A DNA stretch of 64,000 nucleotides from Eledone cirrhosa (GCA_964016885.1 OZ024746.1:2232001-2296000); one strand, 5' to 3'; numbered from the stretch's first letter, positions 1 to 12,496 are shown. Made by a program: numbers and translations. The notes: a model not told the origin generated them from the letters alone.

Positions 1-9
1 TAATTTCAG

Positions 10-114
10 TTTCAAGAAAATTTGTTAATGCAAGCTATCCGGACAGAACAAGTGGCAATGGCAGAGTTTCTTATAGATAATGGAATCAATTACAACTTCT
101 CAAAAATGGTCCTG
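10..114 (+). CDS. Internal exon of an ankyrin-repeat-like protein gene (gene begins upstream of window)
   Basis: tttcag acceptor at 4-9, GTTAGT donor at 115. The 105 nt read FQENLLMQAIRTEQVAMAEFLIDNGINYNFSKMVL, which fits the ankyrin consensus (L..A......+.+.LI..G.+.N). Phase 0 joins the next exon. Confidence 0.7.
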
Positions 115-428
115 GTTAGTTAGTTTTTTTTTTATTGTATAATGTTATCATTAAGAATATTTTTTTATTTTAAATATTTGATGAAAGAAATAAGATAAAT
201 TGAAATCATTTTGTAGAAACTGTCCTTTAGGCAGAACTTTAAGGAATATTAAATAATGATGCCAATAGAACTTGTCCAGTAAAAAGATTGAACAAATGCC
301 ATGTATACAGTTAAATGTAGTTAAAATCTTACATATAAACGAAACTTCATTGTTTTTCTTAACACACACACAACAGAAGAACATTTATTTGCCTATATTT
401 AACAGGTTATTGCTTGCCTTTATTTCAG

Positions 429-1055
429 GATTACAACGAAAACTCAAGTTTTATTGACTGTTATACAATAAACTGTCGCCAGTTAGCATATGAACATAAT
501 CTTTTCCAAATAGTCGAACTGATTGACGAGAAAAATGAAGAAATATTTGACTTCATCAATGTATATAATAGGTCTCCTCGTACTCATACGCCCAAAACGG
601 GAATAAGAAAAAAAAGTCCCGAATTGAAAACTCCAGAAACCTGTGAAAAATCGGAGAAAACCCCGAAGAAAGCACCCATTAAGATACGAAAAGATATCAG
701 CAACATTTGGACTGAGAATTACAAATTTCGTTATCACTCTTTACCATCGACTTTTACTTTGAGTTTAAAGGGAAATAACTCCGAGATATTATTTATCCAA
801 GGGAAATGTAAATATGGACATGTAATGGGGGAACGTTGTCTTTCAGAAGAAGATATCAGTAACATTCCATTTCTTCTGGTGAAAATCAAACCCAAGAAAT
901 ATAAAAATTGTATTTTCTTACTTTCAAAACAATATACCTGCCCGAAAATCAAGAATAATAATTGGTTCAATAAAAAACCATACACTCCCAGTTACTCTGA
1001 AGAATTTAATAAGCAAAATAGATCCAGAAGTTTTTCTCCTTGGATGAAAGGATGA
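429..1055 (+). CDS. Probable terminal exon of the same ankyrin-repeat-like gene
   Basis: tatttcag acceptor ends at 428, in frame with ORF 414..1055. DYNENSSFIDCYTINCRQLAYEHNLFQIVELID resembles a capping ankyrin repeat, followed by a K/S/T/P-rich tail and TGA at 1053-1055. An internal intron cannot be excluded. Confidence 0.6.
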   Translation, partial: DYNENSSFIDCYTINCRQLAYEHNLFQIVELIDEKNEEIFDFINVYNRSPRTHTPKTGIRKKSPELKTPETCEKSEKTPKKAPIKIRKDISNIWTENYKFRYHSLPSTFTLSLKGNNSEILFIQGKCKYGHVMGERCLSEEDISNIPFLLVKIKPKKYKNCIFLLSKQYTCPKIKNNNWFNKKPYTPSYSEEFNKQNRSRSFSPWMKG

Positions 1056-1460
1056 TGAACTTTCATAACAATTAATCTCTTCCTTTCAGCTAAAGTCCAC
1101 TGAAGATCGACGTATCCAACTTCCTTGGCGTCGTTGTGTGACACGAAGGTACGGAAATAGCAGCAAGCACTAAACACACACAATGCGTTTATAATATTTT
1201 GTATATAATCCTACATAAGCACAGAAAAACAATGAACTGTGTGTAAAAGAAAAAAAAAAAAGGTCTCTTCGCAAGGGTCTAACAAATCTTTTAACATCCT
1301 ATACCACATTAGCAAGTCACTCTTGAAAAGGACAAAACAGCACTATGACTGCATCACATTTAAAATTAAAGTATATCTTTTAATTTATACTTCTTATTTC
1401 CATAATGTTGTCCACTAGTAAGGATACTACAAATATTTAAATTAACAAACCTGTTATTAG

Positions 1461-1667
1461 ATTCGGCAGAGGGCCGGACGCCATGCTTTGCAGCATAGAG
1501 TTACGGCCCTTTATGATCTGAGTTCAAATCCCGCCGAGGTTAACTTTGCCATTCATCTTTACAGGGTCGATAAAATAAAGTACCAGCCACGCACTAGGGT
1601 CGATATAATCGACTTAACCCTCCTCCAAAATTGCTGGCCTTGTGCCTATATAAGAAACCATTATTAC
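1461..1667 (+). mobile_element. tRNA-derived SINE, family A (Meta-domain-like centre)
   Basis: B-box gagttcaaatccc, central gccgaggttaactttgccattcatctttacagggtcgataaaataaagtaccag, tail ttgctggccttgtgcc...(att)n. More than 10 related copies occur in the window. Confidence 0.8.
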
Positions 1668-1718
1668 TAAATTTGATTCCTTACATTACTAATATATAAT
1701 AAAATGTAGTTTGCTTGA

Positions 1719-4700
1719 ATCATCATCATCATCATTTTACGTCCGCTCTTCCCTGCTTGCAAGGGTGGGACGGGTCTTATTCAGCACAGCATCCCTCCAC
1801 TTGTCACGGTCCTTCGTCATCTCCACCGTGAGCTTCAGTGATCTGAGGTCTGTTCTCACCAACTCCGCCCATGTTTTTCGTGGTCTACCTCTACCTCTTC
1901 TTTCAACTGGCATTTCCTGGCACTTCTTCACACATCGGTCATCCTCCATGCGCATCACATGTCCATACCACCTCAGTCTCCTCTCCCGTACACTACATTC
2001 TATCCCTCTCAGACACAGTTTCTCTCTCAACACATTCATCCTGGGTCGTTCACGCACATTGACACTGCACATCCAATGGAGAATGCTTGCCTCATTTCTC
2101 TCCAGCCGTCGCATATCCTCTGCAGTTGCTGCCCATGTCTCACTACCATGCAGCATCGTGCTCCTCACACAGGCATCATATAACCAGTCTTTTGTACGCA
2201 GGGAGAAACCCTTCTTCGTCAGCAGAGGAAGCAGCTCCCTAAACTTCTTCCAACCCGTCCTTATTCTAGATACTATGGCCTCGGAACATCCCCCTCCCAT
2301 GCTAATCTGATCTAGGTACCGGAAGCTATCCACCACTTCTATAGCACCCGCCTGCATTTGAAAAATGTGTCTATCAATGCGACTTCTACTTCTAATTTCC
2401 CTGTACATCTACTGCATACATATTTCTCCTTACCTGTTAGTTTGCCTGCTATCCTGCTACATCTCTTGTGTACCCAGGATCTGCATTGTGTGCATTTTAT
2501 AGAATTTATGCTGGTTCCTTTTCTGCATATCAAACATGGCCATTTCCCTGACGGAATCAGAGTTTTGTCCTCTTTTCTACTCATCAACACTTTTGTCTTA
2601 GCTAGGTTCACTCTCAGTCCTCTTGCTTCCAACTGCTGTTTCCATAGCCAGAATTTATTCTCTAGCTCCTCTACTGATTCTGCTATAAGAACCAGATCAG
2701 CATACAGAAGTTCCCATGGACAGCCAGTCTTAAACTCCTCTGTTATGGCTTGGAGGACTATAATGAACAAGAGCAGGCTGAGGACCGAACCTTGATGTAC
2801 TCCTACTTGTATCTGGAATTCCTCACTAAACTCCATTCCTACTCTGACTTTACTGACAGTACCTCTGTACAAAGTTTGCACTGTCCTCACAAGCCATTCT
2901 TCAACACCTAGTTTCCTTAGGGACCACCAGATGACAGATCGGGGTACCCTATCAAAGGCCTTCTCTAGGTTAACAAAGGCTAAGTATAGTGGCTTATTCT
3001 TCTCTAAGAACCTCTCTTGCAATTGTCTCACCAAGAAGAGGGCATCTGTTGTACTCTTTCCAGGTACAAAACCAAACTGCATCTCATCTAGTTTGACCCT
3101 TTCTCTAATTAGTTGTGCTAATATCCTTTCTGCCACTTTCATAACCTGATCCATCAGTTTTATACCCCTATAATTGCTCCTCTCTAGAACATCCCCTTTA
3201 CCTTTGTAGAAATTTATGAGAATACTGCTGCACCAGTCTTTGGGTATGACACCACCTGATTGATGATGCGCGCAACCAGTTTAGTGCCTATGTCCCCTGA
3301 TGCCTTCAGCATCTCAGCAACTATCCCCAATGGTCCAGCAGCCTTACCATTTTTCATTTCCTTAATCGCCTCTTGGACACTATATTCGTCAATCTCAATA
3401 GCTGGTCCTTCTGTCGGATCTACTGAGGGTAATTTCTCTCTCTCCCATTCGTTCTCCATATTCATCAGTCTCTCATAATGACATTTCCAGGCTTTCTTTT
3501 TCTGGTCATTCGTGACACTAAGTACACCGGCATCATTCCGGACACATTTATCTCCAACAACATCCTGATTTGCATTGACGCACTGCCTTGCAATGTGGAA
3601 CACCGCACGCCTCTGATCTTTCCGTCCCAGCACATTGGCAAACCTCATACTCTCAGCCTCCCTGCGTGCTAAGTACACCTGACGTCTAGCTTCTCTCTTA
3701 GCGGCTGTATATCCTTCCCTACTCCCACCCTTTTTCCAAGCCTTCCATGCTAGTCTTTTGTCTCTAATGGCCTTATCTACTGTGCTGTTCCACCACCAGG
3801 TCACTCTCTGTCTGGTTGGAGCTCTGCTCCAGCCACAGGTTTCATCAGTAGCCTTCAGCAAGTTGTCACGTAAGAAATTCCAGTTATTATCTATGTCATA
3901 CGTCTCTAAATCGTCTTCTTTTTCGTCATACACATCTTGAAGGGCTTTCCTAAATTTGTATTTTAGTGAAAGGTCTTTTAGCTTCCAGACCTTTCTTCTC
4001 CACACCTTCCTGTATGTCTCATTCCATCTCTTGCTTACTGAGATATCACTAACGACTAGCCTATGCTGTGGGGTACATTCTTCCCCAGGGTATGCCTTGG
4101 TATTAGACTATCTGCCTGTCCTGCTGCCTAACTAGTAAGAAGTCAATCTGGCTTATGTGCTCACCAGATTTGTAGGTTATTAGGTGGTTGGCAGGTTTCT
4201 GGAAGTTAGTGTTGCAAATAGTCAGTGTACTTGCATCACAAAATTCAAGAAGTCTCACTCCTTCATTTCTTGAGCCGTAACCGTGCCCACCACGTACCCC
4301 AGTGTAACCATCCTGGAGCTGTCCAACATGACCGTTGAAGTCCCCTGCTAGCATAACGATGTCTCCGTCCTCTGTCATTGCGGTTGTTTGTAAAAGCAGT
4401 CTTTCTCTTCTTTGCCTAGGCCTGCTTGGGGAGCATAGGCAGAGATGATTGTCAGTAGTCTCCTACCTACAACTAATCTAAGCTTAATTATTCAATTACT
4501 ACCTCGAACTACCTCTATTGTCTTATTGATCCATCTCTCAGCCAGGAAAATGCCTACACCCCCTAACCCATCATCCTTACCTACCCAGAAAAGCTTATAG
4601 CTAAGATGTTTGCCTACGACTAGTCTCGCAGAGGCACTTTTCCATCTCACCTCTTGCACGCAGCACACATCCACATGCCTTCTCTCCAGCATCTCCACTA

Positions 4701-4930
4701 TTTCAGCAGATCTATCTCTGAGAGTGCCAACATTAAGTGTTGCAACTCTTCATATTTTGTTGTTGTTCCTGTGCTGATAAGCGTTTTGGCATTGATACAC
4801 TGGTTGGATGCCCTTCCTAACACCAGCGCCACTTTACAGCATGGACTGGGTGCTTTTATTTGTGCCAGCAGCACTAGAGAGGATGTCTTACTAGACTCAA
4901 GGGCCCTCTACCCCTCCATTTTACAGCATG
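1719..4930 (-). mobile_element. Near full-length, frameshifted RTE-clade LINE (APE endonuclease + RT)
   Basis: ORF fragments 4492-4698 (CCVQEVRW), 4103-4378 (GDFNGHVG, QIDFLLV), 3214-4005, 2339-3154 (QFGF, AFDRVP, GVHQGSVLS, LYADL) and 1737-2408 (RRLRWYGHVMR, RGRPRKTW). (GAT)n tail at 1719-1735. Confidence 0.95.
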
Positions 4931-5204
4931 GTCATAAAAAACCCCAAAATACCCCACTTATTGACACAACATGCACACACACACTCACACACCAACACTC
5001 ATGCATACAAACTACAAACACACACGCCACTCACACACCAATACTCATGCATACAAACACACACACCACTCACACACACACACACATATATATACATATA
5101 TATATATTACCGTCAGTACTGATACAAAATCAAAATTATGTCAACTGTTGACTTTTCCAGTCCAGTTCAGTTTTTATATAATAATAATAATTGTTTGCTT
5201 TACG

Positions 5205-5560
5205 CTGATGATGGTGGTAGTGGTGGATGGTGTCAGTGATGGTGGTGGATGGTGTCAGTGATGGTGGTGGTGGTGTCAGTGATGGTGGAGGATTGTGCCA
5301 GTGATGGTGGTGCTGGTGGTAGTAGTGGTGGTGATGGTGGTGGATGGTGCCAGTGATGGAGGTGGTGGTGGTAGTAGTGGTGATGGAGGTGGTGGATGGT
5401 GTCAGTGATGGTGGTGAAGGTGGTGGATGGTGTCAGTGATGGTGGTGAAGGTGGTGGATGGTGTCAGTGATGGTGGTGATGGCGGTGGATGGTGCCAGTG
5501 ATGGTGGTGATGGCGGTGGATGGTGCCAGTGATGGAGGTGGTGGATGGTGGCAGTTGTTG
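5205..5560. repeat. GGT/GAT-rich degenerate minisatellite (GATGGTGTCAGTGATGGTGGTG-like units)
   Basis: Tandem units visible directly. Confidence 0.85.
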
Positions 5561-6354
5561 TTGTTATTGTTGTTCATTTCACTGATGCTGCTGCTGCAGA
5601 CAATGGTGCTGTTGCTGTAGTCGCTGGGTTGAAATTTTGAAATTTGTTCGCTTAGCGTATGTGATATATACACATACATATATATATATACATACACATA
5701 TATATATACATACATACACACACATTCAACACAGACAATGGTGTTGTTGCTGTCGCTGTTGTTGTAGTTGTAGATTTTGTTGTGTTGAAATCTGGTCGCA
5801 TCCACTGAGATATATATATATATATACATATATACATATATACAATCATTGTGTATAATATATAATGTAAAGAGTAGAAGCTATCAACCATTTCTTTGGA
5901 GCCTTCCTGCATAAAAAAGATTTAATTAAAAAAAGTGTTTTGGGATATATAAATCTATATTAATTTCTGACATTGGCATAAAGATAAAAATATGTAAGGG
6001 AAGAGTATATTGGGTTGATTCTTTGTCATGTCTTTGACACAACTGACGGTCCCCCTAACTCTTTAATTGGCAAGATTTCTATGGCTGGATGCCCTTCCTA
6101 TCACCAACCACTTGACAGCATGTACTGGGTGTATTTATCGTGTAGATCACCAACACTAAGGAAGTTGTCATGCCCTTGACATGACTCGAGGTTCCTTCCA
6201 GCCCTTTGTCTGGCAAATTTTAGTAATAATAATAAATTGTGACACAGGTGCAAGGATAGAAAGTCCCAAAGGCAGGATTTGAACACAGAATGTAAAGAGT
6301 TAGTTGTAAATACTGCCAAGCATTAACAATTCAACCAACCACTGCTTTTTAAAA

Positions 6355-6556
6355 GTAGTAGTAGTGGTAGTGGTGGTAGTAGTAGAGTGGTGGTAGTAGT
6401 AGTAGTGGTGGTGATAGTAGTAGTAGTAGTGGTATTAGTAGTAAGTATTTAGTCGTGGCAGTATTAGTAGTGGTGGTATTAGTAGTGGTAGTAAGTAGTT
6501 GTAGTAGTAGTGGTGGTGTTGGTAGTAGTGATGGTGGTGGTAGTAGTAGTAGTAAT
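6355..6556. repeat. (GTA/GTG)n trinucleotide microsatellite
   Basis: Direct inspection. Confidence 0.9.
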
Positions 6557-6809
6557 AATGGCTTCTAATTTTGGCAAAAGACCATCAATTTGGAGAGGGG
6601 AAGGTTGATTAAATTGACTCCAGTACTTGACTGTTTCTTTCTCAACTCTGAAAGGATGAACAGCAAAGCTTGACCTTGGCAGGATTTGACTTCAGACTGT
6701 AGAGAGCTGTAACCAAGTACTGCAAAGTAGTTTCATTTGTGGTATTTATTTTAATGGGTTATTTATAAAGAAAACTAGGAACCTACGTTTCCTATTCCCA
6801 TTTTCAATT

Positions 6810-7102
6810 ATGTGTGTGTGTGTGACAGCTGACACCTATGTGTGTGTGTGTGTGTGTGTGTGACAGCTCACACCTAAGCAAGTTTAGCTGGCCTCCTCCA
6901 AGGTATATCTCATTGGAGGTGTCTTGGGTGATTTAATGATATAGACCCCAGTCCCTATCATCTCATTTCTACAGCTGAGTAAACTGGAGCAACGTGAAAT
7001 AAAGTGTCTTGCACAAGGAAACACATCACCCGGTCCGATAATTGAACTCATAATCTCTCAATTGCAAGCCCAATGCTCTAACCACTAAGCCATGTGCCTT
7101 CA
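6810..7102 (-). mobile_element. CORE-type tRNA SINE, family B, with (CA)n/gtgagctgtcac tail
   Basis: Reverse complement of the element at 13925-14296: head ggcacatggcttagtggttagagc and a CORE-like centre. Confidence 0.85.
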
Positions 7103-7348
7103 CACATTTTTAATTAGACTATATTGATTTTACTGGCACATGTATTCTATAAATCTTGAAGAGATGAAAACAAAGTTAATAAGGGTGAAGAGTTAAATAT
7201 AGGAAGCTGAGTCTAGATACTATTAGACAGTTTAGTATGGCAGTCTGCCAGGAAAGGGTTGATAAATATAAAAAAAAAATACATCAAAGAATTAAACAAC
7301 AAAGATATTAGATATTTCTCTTTTATATTATATACCTACATATATACA

Positions 7349-7446
7349 CATGATACAATTTCAGCAACATATAATATTATACATATACATATATACACAT
7401 GATACAATTTCAGCAACATATATTATATACATACACACATTATATA

Positions 7447-7508
<62 letters not shown>

Positions 7509-7518
7509 TTATATATAT

Positions 7519-7579
<61 letters not shown>

Positions 7580-7600
7580 TACACATGAATCAATCTCAGC
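7349..7600. repeat. (TA)n/(CA)n microsatellite with repeated catgatacaatttcagcaacata motif
   Basis: Direct inspection. Confidence 0.85.
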
Positions 7601-7986
7601 AACATACAATAATTAATTTATTCTCTTTGATTTCCATGTAATAATATTAACAGCAAAGAGGAAAAAAACAATCTTTAGCTGTGATATAGTTTTCATTTAA
7701 ATAATATTTTAGAAAGACTTTTGGAAAAAAAACTTGCTGTAGTAAAGTTAAATAGGGAATTGTAACTTAGGCACAGGGCCATCAATTTTGGGGGAGCATA
7801 CAGTTGATTATATCAACCTCAGTATATGAACAGTACATATTTTATTGACCCTCAGAAGGATAAATGATAAAGTTGACCCACATGGGATCTGGACTCAGAA
7901 TGAAGCTATTGAAGAAGTAGGAGTCGGATGACAAAGTAATCTGTGTTGCACATTTTTCTTGATTCAAGAAGTGAACATTTGGTCAT

Positions 7987-8000
7987 TTTATTGATTTATT
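7987..8000 (-). terminator. Tandem AATAAA polyadenylation signals, candidate for NPRL2
   Basis: tttatt at 7987-7992 and 7995-8000 on +, about 360 nt downstream of the NPRL2 stop. Confidence 0.5.
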
Positions 8001-8075
8001 GTTGTGAAGAAGATCAAAAGAAACATAAAATATCTAGAGGATAAACAGTATCAATGTGGAGCTCTAGATTTCTAC

Positions 8076-8360
8076 CAGGTCACTTGAGTGGTGGGGTTGA
8101 CTCATCATCATCATCAGGTCAATTGAGTGGTGGGGTTGACTCATCATCAGGTCACTTGAGTGGTGGGGTTGACATCATCATCATCAGGTCAATTGAGTGG
8201 TGGGGTTGACTCATCATCAGGTCACTTGAGTGGTGGGGTTGACTCATCATCATCATCATCAGGTCAATTGAGTGGTGGGGTTGACTCATCATCAGGTCAC
8301 TTGAGTGGTGGGGTTGACTCATCATCATCATCAGGTCAATTGAGAGGTGGTTTTGATTCA
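8076..8360. repeat. ~33-42 bp minisatellite (caggtca[c/a]ttgagtggtggggttgact(cat)n), ~8 units, in the NPRL2 3'UTR
   Basis: Tandem units. The last, degenerate unit contains the NPRL2 stop codon. Confidence 0.9.
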
Positions 8361-8425
8361 CTTAAAATAAACTACAACACTGGAATCACCCTCAATAAGT
8401 TCATCAAGTTCATTGTAACTCATAC
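8358..8425 (-). CDS. NPRL2: NPRL2 exon 11 (terminal)
   Basis: tgcag acceptor; (G)MSYNELDELIEGDSSVVVYFK*, matching the NPRL2 C-terminus [22 protein letters not shown]. Confidence 0.93.
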
Positions 8426-8819
8426 CTGCAAAAAACAGAAAAAAATATTATAGCTGAATATAGAGAAAGGGTGAAACAAATGAAATCATTATATAACTGG
8501 TACCCGCCGAGGTTGACTTTGCCTTTCATCCTTACGGGGTCGATAAAATAAAGTACCAGTAATGTACTGGGTAATTGCTGGCCTTGTGCCTAAAGTAGAA
8601 ACAATTATATAACTGGTACTTAGTTTATCATACATTAATGTCAAGATTTAAACTGAGAATGCAGACGGACATCATTTAATGTCCACTTTCCCTAGGAAGG
8701 GTTGGACAGGTTGCCACAGACTAAGTTACTACTCAAGTGGATTTACTAACCTCTTAAATGTTTCTGCATGGTACTGGGTTGTACAAGTATTAAAGCCTTA
8801 GGTAGATTTTTACAGCATG

Positions 8820-8975
8820 TGAGAGAGAGAGAGGGCAAGAGTGAGAGAAGGGAGGAGAGAGAGAGAGGAGGAAAGATTGAGAGAAGGGAGAAAGTAGAGA
8901 GAGAGAGGGGGAAAGAGTGAGAGAAGGGAGAGTGAGAGAAGGGAGAGAGAGAGAGAGACAGAGCGAGAGAGAGAA
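8820..8975. repeat. (GA)n-rich purine tract
   Basis: Direct inspection. Confidence 0.85.
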
Positions 8976-9247
8976 ATAAAAGAAAACAAGATTGAAAGAA
9001 AAAGTATAATTAAGTCACAAAGTTATGTTTATACATGCACATGTGCATGTATGTATGTATGCGTATAAGTATAGGGGATATTTATGTATTAAAAAGTTCA
9101 AATAATAAAACTCATGATGATATAGTAAATGTAGAAAAACAATGTTTTACTGTGAAATAATCACTCCAGATATTTTAGCAGCTTATTTACATAGAATTTT
9201 AAGTTGGTGAAGACCGTCAAAATATTGACCCCAAATAGAAGCTGACC

Positions 9248-10095
9248 CCTTTAACCCTTTCATTTCATATTTCTAATGAAAGACACTACCTATGTCTTTA
9301 ACTCTTTTATTACCATATTTCTAATGAAAGACACTGTCTATGTCATTAACCCTTTCATTACCATATTTCTAATGAAAGACACTGTATATATCTTTAACCC
9401 CTTCATTTCCATATTTCTAATGAAAGACACTGTCTATGTCATTAACCCGTTCATTTCCATATTTCTAATGAAAGACACTGTCTATGTCTTTAACCCTTTC
9501 ATTTCCATATTTCTAATGAAAGACTGTCTATGTCATTAACCCTTTCATTACTATATTTCTAATGAAAGACACTGTCTATGTCATTAACCCTTTCATTACT
9601 ATATTTCTAATGAAAGACACTGTCTATGTCATTAACCCTTCCATTACCATATTTCTAATGAAAGACTGTCTATGTCATTAACCCTTTCATTACTATATTT
9701 CTAATGAAAGACACTGTCTATGTCATTAACCCTTCCATTACCATATTTCTAATGAAAGACTGTCTATGTCATTAACCCTTTCATTACTATATTTCTAATG
9801 AAAGACACTGTCTATGTCATTAACCCTTTCATTACTATATTTCTAATGAAAGACACTGTCTATGTCATTAACCCTTCCATTACCATATTTCTAATGAAAG
9901 ACTGTCTATGTCATTAACCCTTTCATTACTATATTTCTAATGAAAGACACTGTCTATGTCATTAACCCTTCCATTACCATATTTCTAATGAAAGACTGTC
10001 TATGTCATTAACCCTTTCATTACCATATTTCTAATGAAAGACACTGTCTATGTCTTTAACCCTTTCATTGCTCTATTTCTAATGAAATACACTGT
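9248..10095. repeat. 48/46-bp minisatellite (taaccctttcattaccatatttctaatgaaagacactgtctatgtcat), ~18 units
   Basis: taac recurs at 9347 and 9395 (period 48); ORF 9276..9539 shows a 16-aa period. Confidence 0.95.
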
Positions 10096-10409
10096 CAATG
10101 TGTTTCAGTTAGTTTTGAAAATAATCGAGCAGTTGGAGGAATTCAATAAAATAACTAAGTTTTTCATTAGTAAGCTGATGGAAGGTTTTAATATAAAGAA
10201 AAATATTTTAAACTGATCACTTTTATATCATAAATCCTGGGCAGTTTCAGGCGGGTTGGCATAACAAATGTTGAAAAGATGCTCAAGATTAGCAGTGAAG
10301 AGGCTAAATTATTCTGCTGTTTTCAAAGATGGCGAAAATGTTGAAGAAATGGAAGTCGATAATTCTGGACTTGAAAGTTAGTAAAAAAAAACAAAACAAC
10401 TTCTCTTAC

Positions 10410-10564
10410 CCATTCGTCCACATATTTCATCATAACTGTGGAGTCCATTAAAATAATGGTAGAGCGTCTGTAATCGGGGTTGAATGTTGATATTATAGAT
10501 CTTTACTGGATAGCGATGGATTCGACGGATTAAACCTTTGATTAGCCCAAATTGAATCAATTTC
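10410..10564 (-). CDS. NPRL2: NPRL2 exon 10
   Basis: KLIQFGLIKGLIRRIHRYPVK...FNGLHSYDEICGRM; AG/GTAAG boundaries; 155 nt. Confidence 0.95.
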
Positions 10565-10789
10565 CTTGAATATAAAGAATAAAGAAAATAATTTTCTATT
10601 AATTTCAATATCATTTAGTATAATGATAAATGTGATGGTATTCATATTGTAGTTTAAAGCAATACACACTGGGAAAGGCTGGGATAGTTATTTGGAGTCT
10701 TTGAGAATTGGAAATCAATGTCCCCTTATAAAGGGGTATTATAGGGGGACATAGAAAAATAAATTTATTGATTAGTGTAAATAAAATAC

Positions 10790-10907
10790 CGTTCATCAAT
10801 CCTTAAAGCTCTGGGATTAAATTGGCAGCAGATATCACGTACAGTTGTGCCAGGATTCATTTCACAAAGTAAATGGAAGATATCTTTGAATTCTGGTAAA
10901 GAATGCC
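10790..10907 (-). CDS. NPRL2: NPRL2 exon 9
   Basis: HSLPEFKDIFHLLCEMNPGTTVRDICCQFNPRALRIDE(R); 118 nt; AG/GT boundaries. Confidence 0.95.
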
Positions 10908-11224
10908 CTAAACACAAAAAAGGTAAAATTCATAATATAGTGTATTTTTAAAAACACTCTTTATCCCATGCTATTAATATGAAAAATTTTGGTATATTTA
11001 AGTTTGTAATCTCAGAGTCTCACAAGAGATTATAGTGCTATCTACAGCACATAAGAGGATTTAATCTAAGCCCTATGAACTAACAAAGGTTTGCTAGTTA
11101 CACAAAGCTCTCACTACTGACACTTGATGAGAAATAGTAAAACTTAACATAAACTATTGTACAATATCGATATTTTGAGCTAATATTTCTATATTTTTCT
11201 AAAGATAATTTTATGGTAACTTAC

Positions 11225-11318
11225 CTTGAGTTCTGACATATCTGACACACTCATCTTGTAAGTCTTTATCTTCAGAAAGTCGATAGATTTCAGGAGTTGT
11301 AGCATGAACATTCGAGTA
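11225..11318 (-). CDS. NPRL2: NPRL2 exon 8
   Basis: YSNVHATTPEIYRLSEDKDLQDECVRYVRTQ; 94 nt; CAG/GTAAG boundaries. Confidence 0.95.
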
Positions 11319-11436
11319 CTGAGAATATAGGAAATAATTTTTCAAGAAATTTTTTTGTACATAATATACAGATTGAGTATATATTTCACACATACATACA
11401 TATACCCTTCATGCCTTTGAAAAGAGCAAGACACCC

Positions 11437-12290
11437 ATGCAGCCTCCTGGTGGTCAATTGTGGAACTTGAGATTTTCCACTATCAATGTTAGGGCAATGA
11501 AAGATAAGTGTGGTGAGATTGAGGAGATGTTAGAGAGGAGACAAGTAGATATATATTGTGTGCAAGAAGGTGGAGGGGTGCTTCAGCCAGACTCATTACA
11601 GGCAAAGAACAACAGTACAAATTCTTCTGGGTGGATAGCAATAATGAGGTGGGTGGAGTAGGAATGTTTCTTTCAGAGAGATGGGTAGACCTGGTAGTCA
11701 GAGTTGAGTGATACAATAATTAAACTTAGACTAGCCTTGGCCAATTCTACAGCCACCATATTATCTGATATGCCCCACTTGCTGACAAACAATAAGACCA
11801 TTTCTATTAGATTCTCTTATGGACTGCCTCAATGACAGATGACAGTGATCTTATGATTGCAGCTGATGACTTCAATTGGGAAACATCATGGCAGATTCCC
11901 TGGCGTAAATGGAAGCTACGGTTATGGCAAAAGAAACGAAGAAGGGACTAGACTTCTGGAGTTCTGTGATACTCTCGACTTAATGATCTGTATCACAAAC
12001 TTCAAGAAACCAGCCAACTACTAATCAGCCAAATAGACTTCATACTCACCAGGAAATGGTTGTAAATGCCAAAGCCACCCAACATAGACTAGTTCTTCAG
12101 TGACCTTAGAATAAGTGCTAAACAGACTAAGAAACAAAAGCCAGTCTGAAGAAGGAAGACCTGGAAGCTAAAGGAACCTGTGGCAGGTAACAAATACAGA
12201 GAAATCTTACCTAACACCTTTGACAATAAGGAAGAGGAGATAGAGACATGACAGAGGAAAACTAGAGTTTCCTTCGAGATAACCTTCTGG
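11437..12290 (+). mobile_element. Degenerate 5' (APE endonuclease) fragment of an RTE LINE
   Basis: LRFSTINVRAMKDKCGEIEEMLERRQVDIYCVQE, GYGKRNEEGTRLLEFCD and HRLVLQ remnants; many stops. Confidence 0.85.
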
Positions 12291-12496
12291 AAACCACAAA
12301 AAGGTTTCCAATTTAAATTAAAATCTTCCAACATAATTTTATATAAGAACCTTACATTAGGTTACAATCTTCCTAATGAAATAATTAATAATTTTAGTAA
12401 ATCCCTCAAAATTCTTCATTAATTAATTAAAATAGAGTGTATTTGTTTAGAAATGCAGTCATAAAAAGTTTTAAAATAAGAAAATAGAAAATTTAC

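Noticed and set aside
1711-2795. Plus-strand ORFs of 199 and 145 aa (and similar ORFs antisense to other LINEs)
   Set aside because: Antisense shadows of RTE coding sequence.
8076-8350. Repeated CCTGATGA on the minus strand as hammerhead cores
   Set aside because: No GAAA or stem II/III partner; it arises from (TGA)n runs.
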